A program made the position numbers and the translations under genes. From assembly GCA_963737905.1 (NCBI GenBank), contig CAVTUQ010000007.1:224001-288000 (forward strand): a stretch of DNA of 64,000 nucleotides, read 5' to 3'. Position 1 is the stretch's first letter, and every line of letters begins with the position of its first letter. Of the stretch, positions 8,358 through 19,268 are shown piece after piece. The notes under the pieces were generated by a model, which saw only the letters and a program-made list of their open reading frames with translations, did not search any database and was not told the origin of the DNA. Origin of the DNA: an uncultured delta proteobacterium. Its GTDB lineage: Bacteria; Desulfobacterota; Binatia; UBA9968.

Positions 8358-9500
8358 ATGAAGCAAACCGTTCCAACGGTAAAAAAACAAGGTATCCCCA
8401 AGGATTCAAATCAACTGCCAATTGAGCTCTCGATTGTCGTTCCGACGTTTAACGAAAAAGACAACGTGGAAAAACTGATTGAGGGCATCGAGCAAGCTCT
8501 GGCTCACGTTAGATGGGAGATCATTTTCATCGACGACGACTCTCCAGACGGAACGGCTGATTTCGTACGCGGCCTAGCCCAATCGAAATCGCACGTTCGT
8601 TGTCTCCAACGGATTGGTCGCCGGGGTCTTTCAAGAGCCGTTATCGAGGGAATCCTCAGCAGTAGCGCTCCCGTGGTCGTCGTCATGGATGCCGACCTAC
8701 AGCATGACGAGACCATTCTTCCGACGATGTTGGATCAAATAAGGAACAACGAAACAGACATCGTCATTGCAAGCCGTTACTGCGCTGGGGGCAGTATGGG
8801 CCCATGGAATGCGCAAAGAGCGGCCATGAGCCGATTGGCCACCCTTCTGAGTCGAAGCCTCGTGAGCCCGCAGTTAACCGACCCTATGAGCGGTTTTTTT
8901 ATGATTCAGCGCGAGACGTTCCATCGGATCGTTCGGCGCCTGTCGGGAGAAGGTTACAAGATCCTACTCGACCTGGTCGCTTCTTCGCCAGAGCCTTTGC
9001 GCCTTGTCGAAGTGCCGTATGCTTTTCGGGAGCGTGTGGCGGGTGAAAGCAAACTCGACTCGGCAGTCGTCTGGGAGTATTTGCTGCTCGTGGTTGATAA
9101 AAAATTCGGCCACATTCTACCGGCTCGGTTCATATTGTTTTCGTTAGTGGGGCTGACCGGAGTCGCCGTTCACTTTCTTGCTTTGGCGATAACTTTCAAA
9201 TTTCTGGGTCTAAACTTTTCTATTGCCCAGACCGTCGCCACGTTGAGCGCGATGACATCTAACTTTGCGTTGAACAACATTTTAACTTACCGTGACATGC
9301 GCCTGCGCGGGCGGAGATTTATGACGGGCTTGTTCACATTTTACTTGGTGTGCGGCATCGGTGCGATAGCCAACGTCGGGATCGCGAACTTCGTGTTCCG
9401 ACGCGATTACACATGGTGGCTTGCCGGCGGCGCCGGCGCTCTCGTTGGCACAGTTTGGAATTATGCGGCCTCGTCAATCCTAACTTGGGGGCGCAAATGA
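8358..9500 (+). CDS. GT2 polyprenol-phosphate mannosyltransferase-like + GtrA domain
   Basis: 'SIVVPTFNEKDNV...IDDDSPDGT...VMDADLQHD...DPMSGFF'; hydrophobic GtrA-like C-terminus. Confidence 0.88.
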   Translation: MKQTVPTVKKQGIPKDSNQLPIELSIVVPTFNEKDNVEKLIEGIEQALAHVRWEIIFIDDDSPDGTADFVRGLAQSKSHVRCLQRIGRRGLSRAVIEGILSSSAPVVVVMDADLQHDETILPTMLDQIRNNETDIVIASRYCAGGSMGPWNAQRAAMSRLATLLSRSLVSPQLTDPMSGFFMIQRETFHRIVRRLSGEGYKILLDLVASSPEPLRLVEVPYAFRERVAGESKLDSAVVWEYLLLVVDKKFGHILPARFILFSLVGLTGVAVHFLALAITFKFLGLNFSIAQTVATLSAMTSNFALNNILTYRDMRLRGRRFMTGLFTFYLVCGIGAIANVGIANFVFRRDYTWWLAGGAGALVGTVWNYAASSILTWGRK

Positions 9501-9821
9501 TACAGCATCGCAGATCATATCTTGCCAAGAGTGGTTCTGGCCGCCATTGCCTAGGATGATTACGATCGAGCTCCCCGAGGATGGTTTCGCGGGCTTTGAA
9601 CCTCCCGGCCCTGGTGTTGGGAATGATCAGGCTGGCAGGAGTGGAACAGGCGTGGTAGCTATTCGGCATGAGCGGTCGCTGCGGATAATTTGACGGAGCT
9701 TTTCCTTCGGAACAGCCATTTACCTTGCTCTGGTGTTTGGGAATTACGATGGACTGACCGTTAGAGTTTCCTGCCCATAGTCTCATCAATTCGACTACAC
9801 GTTAGGAAGGAGGTAGTTTCC

Positions 9822-10709
9822 ATGACGATGAGTGCCATCGATACAGTTAAGCGCGTTGCTCCCGGCGCATGCGCCAACTACCTCGAGGCGATCCGCCAAG
9901 GGGACCCGCTGTTCGCGCACCACGGCATCACGACGCCGCTCCGTATGGCGCATTTCCTGGCTCAAGCCTTGCACGAAACAGGTGGATTCAAGGTCCTGCG
10001 CGAGAACATGAACTACTCGGCGGCGCGACTGATGGAGATTTTTGGGGTCAATCGTCATTCTGCTGCGGTGACCGCGGCAGAGGCTGCTAGGCTCGCTAAT
10101 CATCCGGAAGCGATTGCTGAAAGAGTCTATGGCCTCGGCAACCCCAGAAAGGCCCGCGAACTCGGCAATACGGAACCGGGCGACGGCTTTCGCTATCGGG
10201 GCAACGGAGTCCTGCAAACGACCGGTCGGGGCAATCACCGCCGCGTCGGAGCAGCCTGCGGGATCGATTTCGAAGCCAGTCCGGATTTGGTGACAGCTCC
10301 TGAACACGCTCTTAAGCCTGCTTTATACGAGTGGAGTCGGAGTAATCTGAATTCTTTCGCGGACAAAAACGACATCCGCACCATCACCCTCCGCATCAAC
10401 GGCGGCTTCAACGGACTCCGCGAGCGTGAAGCCTGGTTTGATAAGTTATGGCCCTTGCTGAAGGAGCAGAGCCAGCCGGCAGAACCCTGGGAAGCAAGCG
10501 ATGAGGATGACAAAGTGAAGCGGCTTCAGCAAAACCTCAACGACCTTGGTGCAGACCCCAAGCTCGTCGTTGATGGGCGCTACTGCCCAGCCACACGGCA
10601 GGCGGTGAGAGTTTTCCAACGTGCCGCGGGCATGCCTGCCGACGGCATCGCCGGGCCTGTTACGGAGGCTGCGATCAAGATGAGGCTCGATACGATCAGG
10701 GGAGCCTAA
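9822..10709 (+). CDS. Glycoside hydrolase family 19 (lysozyme/chitinase) with C-terminal peptidoglycan-binding domain
   Basis: 'RMAHFLAQALHETGGF..LRENMNYS', 'GDGFRYRGNGVLQTTGR.N', 'INGGFNGL'; 'LQQNLNDLG...VDGRY.PAT..AVRVFQ...ADGIAGPVT'. Confidence 0.9.
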   Translation: MTMSAIDTVKRVAPGACANYLEAIRQGDPLFAHHGITTPLRMAHFLAQALHETGGFKVLRENMNYSAARLMEIFGVNRHSAAVTAAEAARLANHPEAIAERVYGLGNPRKARELGNTEPGDGFRYRGNGVLQTTGRGNHRRVGAACGIDFEASPDLVTAPEHALKPALYEWSRSNLNSFADKNDIRTITLRINGGFNGLREREAWFDKLWPLLKEQSQPAEPWEASDEDDKVKRLQQNLNDLGADPKLVVDGRYCPATRQAVRVFQRAAGMPADGIAGPVTEAAIKMRLDTIRGA

Positions 10710-10724
10710 GAGGAGAGGGTTTCT

Positions 10725-11501
10725 ATGCGGGGTTTGAGAGCTATCCTGGCTATCGCCACACTGGTTGCTCCGGGCATTGTGGCCGGGACAAGCTTCGACT
10801 GTTCGAAAGCCCGCACCGACGTCGAGAAGACCATCTGTGCGAGCGCTGCGCTCTCTGGTTTAGATGATCAGCTCGCCAAAGCGTATGAATCGGCTATTTT
10901 GTTGAGTGACAATCCTGGCCGGCTCAAAAACCAGCAAAGGGAGTGGCTACGCAACGTCAGAAACAGGTGCCAGGGCGAGACTTGCCTGAAGGCTGCCTAT
11001 GAGACCAGGCTGGCTCAATTGTCCACGACAAAGCAGGTAGAATGGAATACTTTCCGTGATACCAATCTAGGCATCGAGTTCTCCTACCCAAGCAGCCGAA
11101 AACTGAAGGTCGGCTGTCGCGGTAGCAAGAACTGCATCGCCCTTCTCGGCAACCCCATGCCCAATAGCGAATACCTGATTGCGTTCGAAGTATTTGACGG
11201 TGGCCTAGAGAAGGTCGCTGCAGAGAAAGCCGTTTTCGAAAAGAAAAACGACAGCTGGATTGCTAAAGGGCGCTTTGCTGAACATCCGGTGGTGGAGATG
11301 GTAGGACCTGGTTGGCAGGGCCTCAAGTCGACGGTGGACTGTGGAATTTCCGGCGGCAACGGTTTTCATGCCGGCGCGGGTGAATGCATGTGGGTAGTGA
11401 TGAGTAACGGCGAACGCTCTGTGGTGGTGGATACTCAAGGTATTGTCGGGATCGATGAAGCGTCGATGCGCTCGATCCAGTCCGTCCGATTTAGCAAGTA
11501 A
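10725..11501 (+). CDS. LprI (DUF1311) lysozyme-inhibitor family secreted protein
   Basis: Signal peptide; 'SFDCSKARTDVEKTICAS..LSGLDDQLAKAY...QREWLR..RNRC....CLKAAYETRLAQL'. Confidence 0.85.
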   Translation: MRGLRAILAIATLVAPGIVAGTSFDCSKARTDVEKTICASAALSGLDDQLAKAYESAILLSDNPGRLKNQQREWLRNVRNRCQGETCLKAAYETRLAQLSTTKQVEWNTFRDTNLGIEFSYPSSRKLKVGCRGSKNCIALLGNPMPNSEYLIAFEVFDGGLEKVAAEKAVFEKKNDSWIAKGRFAEHPVVEMVGPGWQGLKSTVDCGISGGNGFHAGAGECMWVVMSNGERSVVVDTQGIVGIDEASMRSIQSVRFSK

Positions 11502-11632
11502 ATGCCAATCCAGGCGCTGCCGCGGCCAACGCACTGCGCGCGGGACTCGGAGTGTGGGTTGGCTATGTTTTCACCGTACGACGCTTATAGTTCTAATATC
11601 TCGCCGGTTGACCGGCGCACAAAGGAGACACT

Positions 11633-11926
11633 ATGGCAATCCGACTCATTGTAACGATCACGGCGGGGCCGGGAAGGGGCGCCGAGCTCGCGCAGGCGTA
11701 TAGAGGCCGTTGCGCAGAGATAATGAAAGAGCCCGGCTGCGAACAGTTCGAGGTCTTTCAGAGCGTCATCAATCCCGACAAGCTGGCGCTGCTCGAGCGC
11801 TGGACCGACCAGGCAGCGTTGGACGTGCATGCACAATTGAACAGCACTCGTCCCCCGCTGCCGCCCGAGCTGCGAGCGGGGGGCAGACCCGAGCGCGAAG
11901 ACTACCAGTATAACCGCACGCGCTAG
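11633..11926 (+). CDS. Antibiotic biosynthesis monooxygenase (ABM) family protein
   Basis: 'LIVTITAGPGRG...KEPGCEQFEVFQS...LLERWTDQAALDVH'. Confidence 0.8.
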   Translation: MAIRLIVTITAGPGRGAELAQAYRGRCAEIMKEPGCEQFEVFQSVINPDKLALLERWTDQAALDVHAQLNSTRPPLPPELRAGGRPEREDYQYNRTR

Positions 11927-11986
11927 CGGTCTCGTGACGGTAGACCTAAGGGGCTAACAAAACCTTGGACGCGGCGTGCTTTAAGC

Positions 11987-13405
11987 TCATAGACCGGGCC
12001 CGGGGGTGGCTGTGGCTTCCAGAACCGCTTCGCGCCACTCTCGCTTTAGCGGAAGGACCGGCGGCATCGGTGAGACGTCGGGCGCCGCGGTGGGTTCGGC
12101 GATCGCCTCCTTGCGATCGGTAGCAGAGCCCTTCTTCATGAACAGGTTGTAGATCGACCATTGGAGCCGGCTACGCTTTCCCCGAACCGGGAAGCGCCGA
12201 ACCATGGACGATGGCGTGTAAAAATTCTTGTAGGCGGATTCTTGACCCAGCCGGAGTTCGTCTCCCGACATCTGCGCCGGTCGATAGACGACGTTTGCCT
12301 GGTCATATTTGGTCCAATCAAAGGAGACAATCCGATTGGCCTTCTTCATTTCGTACCACGTCAAGGTGCCTGGATAGGGGGTGAGGACCGAAAAAGCGCA
12401 GGCATCGTAGTTCGCATCAATGCAGAACTTTACCGTTTCCTCAAATACCGAAGGATCGTCGCCATCGAACCCGAACATGAAAAGGCCGAAAACCATGATT
12501 CCATAGGAGTGTACCTTCTCAACGAGTGAAATAAATGTCTCGGGCCGGTTCACATGCTTGTGCACGCTGGTGAGGGTGGAGCGCGTGATCGACTCGAAAC
12601 CGATGCTCATCAAGGTGCAGCCGCTTTCGGCGGCGAGTTCCAGCATTCGATCATCCTGTGCGAGCTTAGAGGTCACTCCAGCTTGCCAGTGAACCCCTCG
12701 GCCCTTGAGCGCACGCATGACTTCCTTCGGACGCTCGGGCGTGCCAAAGAAGTCGGAATCATTGATCGAGATCATACGCGACTCGCAAGCGTCCACTTCG
12801 CGCATCACCTCGTCGATTGGACGGTAGCGGAACTTGAGCCCGTTCATCAGCGGCTCGCAGCAGAACGTACAGCCCTGGTGGCAGCCGCGAGAGGTTTGCA
12901 CAAACGTGCAGTTGACATAGCGATGCTTCTTGATCAGATCATACCGCGGCATCGGCAAGCCCACCATCGGGTGCAGCTTCTCCGATTTGTAAGTACCGCG
13001 CATCTCGCCACGCTCGAGATCGTCCAGGAGCTTATCCATCACAAGCTCCACTTCTCCGATTACCACGGCGTCGCAATGCTTGAGCGCCTCCTGCGCCATA
13101 AAGCTTGGATGCACACCGCCCATCACCACCGGTACCCCGCGCGCCCGGAAAGCGTCGGCAATCTCGTAGCCGCGGTTGACGTACGCCGTCATCGCCGAGA
13201 TGCCGATGAGGTCAGCCTTCAGGTCGAAATCGATAGATTCGATGTTCTCATCGGTCATCACGACCTCATAGCGGTCACGCGGAATCGCGGCTGCCACGGC
13301 TATTAAGCCCGCAAGGGGCGAATAAAGCGCCCGATTGAAGTAGAGTGTGCGTGTGGTCAACGAATGAGTTTTTGGATTGATGAGATGTATAACCCGATGA
13401 CGCAT
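11987..13405 (-). CDS. B12-binding radical SAM protein
   Basis: 'VVMGGVHPSF', 'QTSRGCHQGCTFC' CxxxCxxC motif. Confidence 0.9.
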   Translation of the reverse strand: MRHRVIHLINPKTHSLTTRTLYFNRALYSPLAGLIAVAAAIPRDRYEVVMTDENIESIDFDLKADLIGISAMTAYVNRGYEIADAFRARGVPVVMGGVHPSFMAQEALKHCDAVVIGEVELVMDKLLDDLERGEMRGTYKSEKLHPMVGLPMPRYDLIKKHRYVNCTFVQTSRGCHQGCTFCCEPLMNGLKFRYRPIDEVMREVDACESRMISINDSDFFGTPERPKEVMRALKGRGVHWQAGVTSKLAQDDRMLELAAESGCTLMSIGFESITRSTLTSVHKHVNRPETFISLVEKVHSYGIMVFGLFMFGFDGDDPSVFEETVKFCIDANYDACAFSVLTPYPGTLTWYEMKKANRIVSFDWTKYDQANVVYRPAQMSGDELRLGQESAYKNFYTPSSMVRRFPVRGKRSRLQWSIYNLFMKKGSATDRKEAIAEPTAAPDVSPMPPVLPLKREWREAVLEATATPGPGL

Positions 13406-13581
13406 ATGACGGCTCCTCCCCGCGCTTGCGCTCGCATCAGCAATTGCTCTTGATAGGAAGCTCCTTTTTAGGTGTCAGCGCAAGACAACTATCTCTCAGT
13501 ATCCGATTTTGGGCGCCTATGTCAACCTGTTTTCGGCTTAGCTGATGAATAGTCTAGGTGCACATCTTTTCGGGTTTGTGC

Positions 13582-15806
13582 TCAAACATCATGCTTAGGA
13601 TTAGGCGCATCACGCCGCGTGTTCAGGTGGGCGACGACTAGCCGGATCTGTTCATAGGTCACCTTGCCACCAAGGCGCTCGAAGACAGGCTGCAGGTATT
13701 CGGTGCCCAACTCTTTCACGGCGTCGGCAATTGATCGATATGTCTTTTGATTGATCCAGGGCTCCAATCCCTCCGGGCGGCGATTTTGGATAAACTCTGC
13801 GAGGTAGCCCCAGGTCGTGCCAAGGGCGCGGCCGGTTCGCTTTGTGACTTGTTCCACGCTGGCACCGTTGACGAACAATTCAAAAGCTGTCTCTTTCGAC
13901 ATCGTTCGGCTTGCGGACGCGTTCGCGATGGGGACGACTGCTGAGGGCGGCGTCCAGCGGCAAGTTCCGTGGGCACGACAATAGGTCGCGATGAGCTCAA
14001 GGAAAGTTGTCCGAGGTCGGCGAGCTTGCGCTCGCCGACACCACGAATACCGAGGAGTGCGGACGCTGATCCTGGTCGGGCTCTTGCCATGTCGCGCAAA
14101 GTGTCGCGTCGCTGAATAGGACGTAAGCGGGCACGTTCCGCTCGTCGGCGATTTGTCGCCGTAAAGTCCGAAGACTATCGAACAAACCGACGATCGACTC
14201 TCTCCCAAGACTGTTCGTCGAAGCGGGGCTTGCCGACCTCTGCCTTTGGCTGCAGCAACCGCACGGTGCGTTTGCCGCGCAATACCGTCCACGATGCGTC
14301 GTTAAGGCGAAGAACCGGGCGTTCCTCCGCGCGTCCGCTCAAGTAGGCCGTCATCAAGAGTTGGTAGAGCATATTGGTCAGCGTCTTGCGCTTCGTACCC
14401 TTCATCAAGCCGTAGGTACTAAGCTGCTCGTGGCGCCAGCGGCGCACGCGTTCGGTATCGGCGCCCAACAGCACATCCACGATATGCTCGGCGCCAAAGC
14501 GCTCGCCCACGCGCGCCACGCACGACAGGATCTTTTGCGCTGTGACCGTCGCGTCCGCAAGGCCTTCCACCTCGTTGAGACAGAGGTCGCAGGCGTCGCA
14601 GCTCGTCTTCGAGTATTCCTGCCCGAAGTATTCGGACAGCTTGCGGTGGCGGCAATGAACCCCGGTAGCAAAATCGGCGCATGTGTTCGAGCAGCTCGCG
14701 CGCCGCGGCGATCACCTCGCTAGGGGCGCCGGCTTCGGCGGCGCTTTTCTCGATCAGCGATTCCCAACGAATGACATCAGCGGCTGAGTAAAGCAGTACG
14801 CACTCCGCCTCTAGCCCATCACGCCCGGCGCGGCCGGTTTCCTGCTGGTAGTGCTCGATCGATTTAGGCATTGCGGCATGGATGACGCAGCGAACGTCGC
14901 TCCGGTCGATACCCATGCCGAACGCTACCGTCGCCGCGACCACGTCGATTTCCTCCGCCGCAAAGGCGTCCTGTGTTCGGCGCCGTTCCTCCGCCTCCAT
15001 GCCAGCGTGGTAGAAAGCAGCGCGCAGCCTATTGGCTTGCAACCACTCCGCCATGGCTTCGGTGTCCTTGCGGCTGATGCAATAGACGATCGCTGCCTCG
15101 CCCGGGCGACGCCGCAGTACTTGCAGCACCTGCATTTGCGCATCGACGCGGGGAACGATGCGATACATTAGGTTGGGACGGTCGAACGTGCCGACCAACA
15201 CCGCCGGGTTCTGCAGACGCAACTGCTCGGCGATGTCCGCGCGCACGCGCGCGGTGGCCGTCGCCGTATAGGCGTGTACGCTGGCCTGCGGAAAACGGGT
15301 CTTGAGTTCGGCGAGCTGGCGGTACTCCGGCCGAAAGTCGTGACCCCAGTGGCTGATGCAATGCGCTTCATCGATGGCGAATGCCTGGACCTGCAAACGC
15401 TCGATGACCTGCAGAAAGCGCGGCGTCAGCAGGCGCTCGGGCGCGACGAATACCAGGCGATAGCGGCCGGCCGCGATCTGCGCTTCGGTCTCCCGGATGG
15501 CATCGAGAGGCATGCCGCTGTATAGGGCTCGCCGCCGGATAGCCGGATTCACGCAGCCCGTCGACCTGATCCTTCATCAATGAGATGAGCGGCGAGACCA
15601 CGATATCGGTCCGCTGCGCCAGCTCGGCGGGAACCTGGTAACAGAGCGACTTTGCCGCCTCCTGTCGGCATGACGACGAGCGAGTCGCGCCGCTCGAGTC
15701 CCGCCCGAATCGCTTGCTCTTGCAGCGGGCGCAGCTCGGAGAATCCCCAGTAACGGCGCACCGTGGCGAGGATGTCAGCGGTCGAGTAGTGTCTCGGTTG
15801 GCTCAT
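13582..15806 (-). CDS. recQ: RecQ DNA helicase (RQC, HRDC, C-terminal HTH), several frameshifts
   Basis: 'MPTGGGKS', '[12 protein letters not shown]', '[17 protein letters not shown]', '[10 protein letters not shown]', '[12 protein letters not shown]', HRDC '[22 protein letters not shown]'. Confidence 0.92.
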
Positions 15807-15896
15807 GCTCTTTTCGCTACGATCCAAATCAATGCATGAGACGCTCGAATGAGTCAATGAGCAGATCGTGGGAGACGCCGAAAAGCGGGTTTGAAA

Positions 15897-16611
15897 CTAA
15901 ATTCCTTCCCCCATGCCTCTCTGCGTGCCCTGGATCGGTGTCCGGTTCCATTCCAGGGCCTCATCGATCTTGCGCGGGAAAGGGGGCTTCCGAGAGGTCA
16001 TGAATTGGACGAATTCATCTCTGGTGGAAATGAGCATCCTAGAGTTGGTTTTCTTCTCATCCCCCAGCGTTGAAACAGCCTCCCGGTAGTCATGGCCGGG
16101 ATAAACGCGAATCTGATCGCCGAGGGTTTTGAGCTTCGCCAAACTGTCGTACTGCCAGTCGGCATTGCCCCCGGGCAGATCGGTCCTGCCGCAACCCCCT
16201 ATCAAAAGTGTGTCGCCGGTGAAGATTCGGTCCTTGAACAGCAGACACATGGCATCCTGCTGTGTGACCGGGAGTGTAAATGACTTTGAGTGAAAGTTGG
16301 CCGAATTTAATCTCTTGTCCGTCTTCGAGTCTTACATCCACGTAGGGCGCCTCGGTGGCGCGGTGCATGACGACTTGGATGCCGTAGCGCTCGCGCATCA
16401 CTTTGCAGGCGGAATTGTGGTCGGCATGGGTGTGGGTGTCGATGGCGTAAAGAAGCTTCGACCCGAAGAAACGCGCCAGCTCGACGTAGTCGTCGGCTTT
16501 GTCGATCTCCGGGTCGATGACAACGCCAACTTTCCCTTGCTTGCAGCCGAGGATATAAGAAAGACAGCCGCTTGAGCGGATCTGTTCGAAGAAGATTTCT
16601 TCTCCAGCCAT
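15897..16611 (-). CDS. MBL-fold hydrolase, persulfide dioxygenase (ETHE1)-like (frameshift ~16255)
   Basis: 'DTHTHADH', 'TPGHT', 'FTGDTLLIGGCGRTD', 'YPGHDY'. Confidence 0.85.
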
Positions 16612-16626
16612 AGGGAGTGCCGGCAA

Positions 16627-17181
16627 TCAGACTTTGGCGACTGTTCCTTTTTCCATATTGTAACGGTAACGGTCGATTTTTTCGAGGTCGTAACTCAAGA
16701 AACGGAAAATCACCCCAGGTCCTTCGACAGCGTTGGTGGAGTGGATATCCCCCGGAAGATAAGGCACGACCACTCCAGGAGTGAGGCGATCAAGCCTTTC
16801 TTTCTCCAGCGCGGCGACGCCAGGCCGTGAACCGTCGTCGGTGCGTTGGTATTTCGTGATTTCCGTAACACCCTTATAGGATCCATAAACGACCCAACAC
16901 GGCCCGTGATCGTGGGGCTTGTTGCCGTGACCCTGTTTGTGGATGTGACCCATCTGAATGAAGCCATAATCCGGATCGCGGTAAAGCTCTCGAGAAGGCT
17001 TCCCGTCTCGGATCAACTCCGCCATCCACGGATCATCCGGACGAGTCGTTGCAAAAAGTTTTTCCATCAAGGCTTTCACCTTGAAGGGCAATTGGGGGTC
17101 CTTGCCATTACCCCACACGGCCCGAACTTCCGCAATGTATTTGTCTAGGGTGTTATCGGCTCTTTGTTCCTGTACAGCCAT
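16627..17181 (-). CDS. Cupin / cysteine-dioxygenase-like protein
   Basis: 'PHDHGPCWVVYG...GDIHS'. Confidence 0.6.
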   Translation of the reverse strand: MAVQEQRADNTLDKYIAEVRAVWGNGKDPQLPFKVKALMEKLFATTRPDDPWMAELIRDGKPSRELYRDPDYGFIQMGHIHKQGHGNKPHDHGPCWVVYGSYKGVTEITKYQRTDDGSRPGVAALEKERLDRLTPGVVVPYLPGDIHSTNAVEGPGVIFRFLSYDLEKIDRYRYNMEKGTVAKV

Positions 17182-17320
17182 ACGCGCCTCCTCTTTTGTT
17201 TACAATTGTTTTTATCATTTTTATCGACCGGCCGTCCAGGCCATCGGCGCTGGTTTCCGCTCGATTGACAGGGCGAGGGCGCCTCTGGTACCTGTGAAGA
17301 AGACGTAAATGCCAAAAAAT

Positions 17321-17800
17321 ATGGCCATCGAATCACAAGAGCTGCGGCGAATACTAGGTCACTTTGTGACTGGCGTCACCGTGATCACGACGAAAGACGA
17401 TGCCGGCTCTCCTTTTGGTCTCACAGCCAACGCCTTTACCTCGTTATCTCTCAATCCACCGCTGATCCTGATTTGCGTCGACAAGGCAGCCCAGTGCTAT
17501 TCGTGCTTTGTTGAATCCAATGTTTTTACGGTCAACTTTCTCCATGAAGATCAAGAAGAGATCTCGCGCCGCTTCGCCACCAAGGGCGCCGATAAGTTCG
17601 CCGGCTTGACTTGGCACGAAGGCGCTCACGGCGCCGCCGTCTTGGACGGCGCTATCGGTTATCTCGAATGCAAGATCGTGCAGAGCTATGAAGGGGGTGA
17701 TCACACCATTATCGTGGCCGAAGTGCTGGCCGGCTTCGCTAGCCACGACCGGCCTTTACTCTTCTTCAGAGGCAAGTATCATCGGATGCCCAACACTTAG
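17321..17800 (+). CDS. Flavin reductase family protein
   Basis: 'LGHFVTGVTVITT...GLTANAFTSLSLNPPLIL...GGDHTIIV'. Confidence 0.9.
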   Translation: MAIESQELRRILGHFVTGVTVITTKDDAGSPFGLTANAFTSLSLNPPLILICVDKAAQCYSCFVESNVFTVNFLHEDQEEISRRFATKGADKFAGLTWHEGAHGAAVLDGAIGYLECKIVQSYEGGDHTIIVAEVLAGFASHDRPLLFFRGKYHRMPNT

Positions 17801-17833
17801 GGGCTGCTCCTTGTGAACCCTGGCGCGGGCAGG

Positions 17834-18641
17834 TTACCCTTTGTCCCAGAGGTCCTCGAATAGCTTCGCCGATCCGGGACCATAACCCGCATAGTAGTTG
17901 CTGAAGAATGTGTAGGTTTTCGATCCTTGGGCGACAATTTTTTTTAACTCACCGGCCCAGATCGTCATCTCATCGGTTTTATCATCCTGGAGCTTATCGA
18001 ATGTTTCCGTCTTGCTCTCCTGTTCTTGGCGATCCCCCATGAAGCGGACATAGCAAAAATCTCCGGTGACCAGATCCAACGCCTTTGCGAGCGTATCGAT
18101 TCGTGGCATCCAGGCCTGGGCCAGAAGCGTGAAACCCACAGACCGTTCTCTCAGGAGCTCCAGAAAATCCCAACTGATCCAGTTCTTATTGCGAATCTCA
18201 ACTGAGAATTGGAATCCTTTTGGCAATGCGTCCAGAAAAGGGCGCAGGAGTTTGTCGAACTGTTCTCTCGAAGCAAAAGCATTTTTGTTGAAGTAGGGAA
18301 ACTGCAGATAGCAGGGGACCCAGTTTGTCCCCGAGAGCCTCCATGATTTTGAGAAAACTGGAAAGTTCTTTTTGGCAATCACTCAAGATTTTTTGGTGCG
18401 TGATCACTCTCGGGATTTTGGCGGCAAAGACAAATCCGGCGGGGGTCCTATCTCTCCAACCGGTGACCATGGAACGGGGCGGAATGCGATAGAAGGTAGA
18501 GTCGATTTCCACGGTGCGAAATGTGCCTGCGTAGTGCCGGAGAAACTCGGAAGGCTTGAGACTCGTGGGATAGAAAGAACCGACCCAGTCTGCCTTCGAC
18601 CAGCTTACGGTTCCGATATAGAGGTTATCGGGCAGCGCCAT
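17834..18641 (-). CDS. DUF72 family protein (frameshift ~18315)
   Basis: 'IGTVSWS..DWVGSFYP...TVEIDSTFYRIP...FAAKIPRVITH', 'VEIRN', 'YVRFMG', 'FSNYYAG'. Confidence 0.85.
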
Positions 18642-18779
18642 AGTCACTCTTCACCATATTCGAAAGTGGGCGTCAACCAGGAGCCGGTCTTGTGAAAGAC
18701 AACGATTTCTTGACAACTCCCCTCCATCCGTTTACCTTCAGAAAACACGGGTGTTTTCATTTCAACGGGGGCAACATTC

Positions 18780-19265
18780 ATGAACGAGGCCTACGATAGC
18801 AAGATGGCAAGCCGAATCGTCGGAATCAGCCTCCGGCAGATTCAGTACTGGGACGAGCGGGGGTTTGTCAGACCGTCCGTCAAGCCGGCCCAAGGACGGG
18901 GCACGAAGCGACTCTATTCGTTCCATGATTTGGTTTGTCTCAAGGTTGTGAAGGATCTGACCCATCATGGAATCAGCCTGCAAAAGATTCGTCGCTGCTT
19001 ACAGCCCTTGAGGCAATATGCCGCACGCGCAGAGCCGCCGGTGGATTCGCTTAAATACCTGACCGATGGGGAAAAGCTTTTTGTGATTACTAGCGACCGC
19101 AAGAAAATCCTCGACGCCATGGAACGCCATTTTGTGCTCTCCTTGGGGATTGGAAATTTGGTGCGCGAACTGAACGGCGAAATGCGGCGGGTGGCTCAGG
19201 CTGTCGGTGGGGAAACCTCCGGGACATTGCGCCGCCTCCAGGAAAAACGGACGGGATCGGCCTAG
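18780..19265 (+). CDS. MerR-family transcriptional regulator
   Basis: 'GISLRQIQYWD..GFVRPS....GRGTKRLYSFHDL'. Confidence 0.85.
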   Translation: MNEAYDSKMASRIVGISLRQIQYWDERGFVRPSVKPAQGRGTKRLYSFHDLVCLKVVKDLTHHGISLQKIRRCLQPLRQYAARAEPPVDSLKYLTDGEKLFVITSDRKKILDAMERHFVLSLGIGNLVRELNGEMRRVAQAVGGETSGTLRRLQEKRTGSA

Positions 19266-19268
19266 CCT

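Noticed and set aside
9822-10709. Prophage lysis module
   Set aside because: No holin, structural or other phage genes nearby
11952-11990. attC after the ABM gene (GGCTAAC...)
   Set aside because: Only a left-arm-like motif, with no matching GTT arm before the convergent gene
13582-15806. Functional link of recQ to the integron (RecQ affects attC folding)
   Set aside because: Separated by an unrelated gene and on the opposite strand; proximity alone is not evidence
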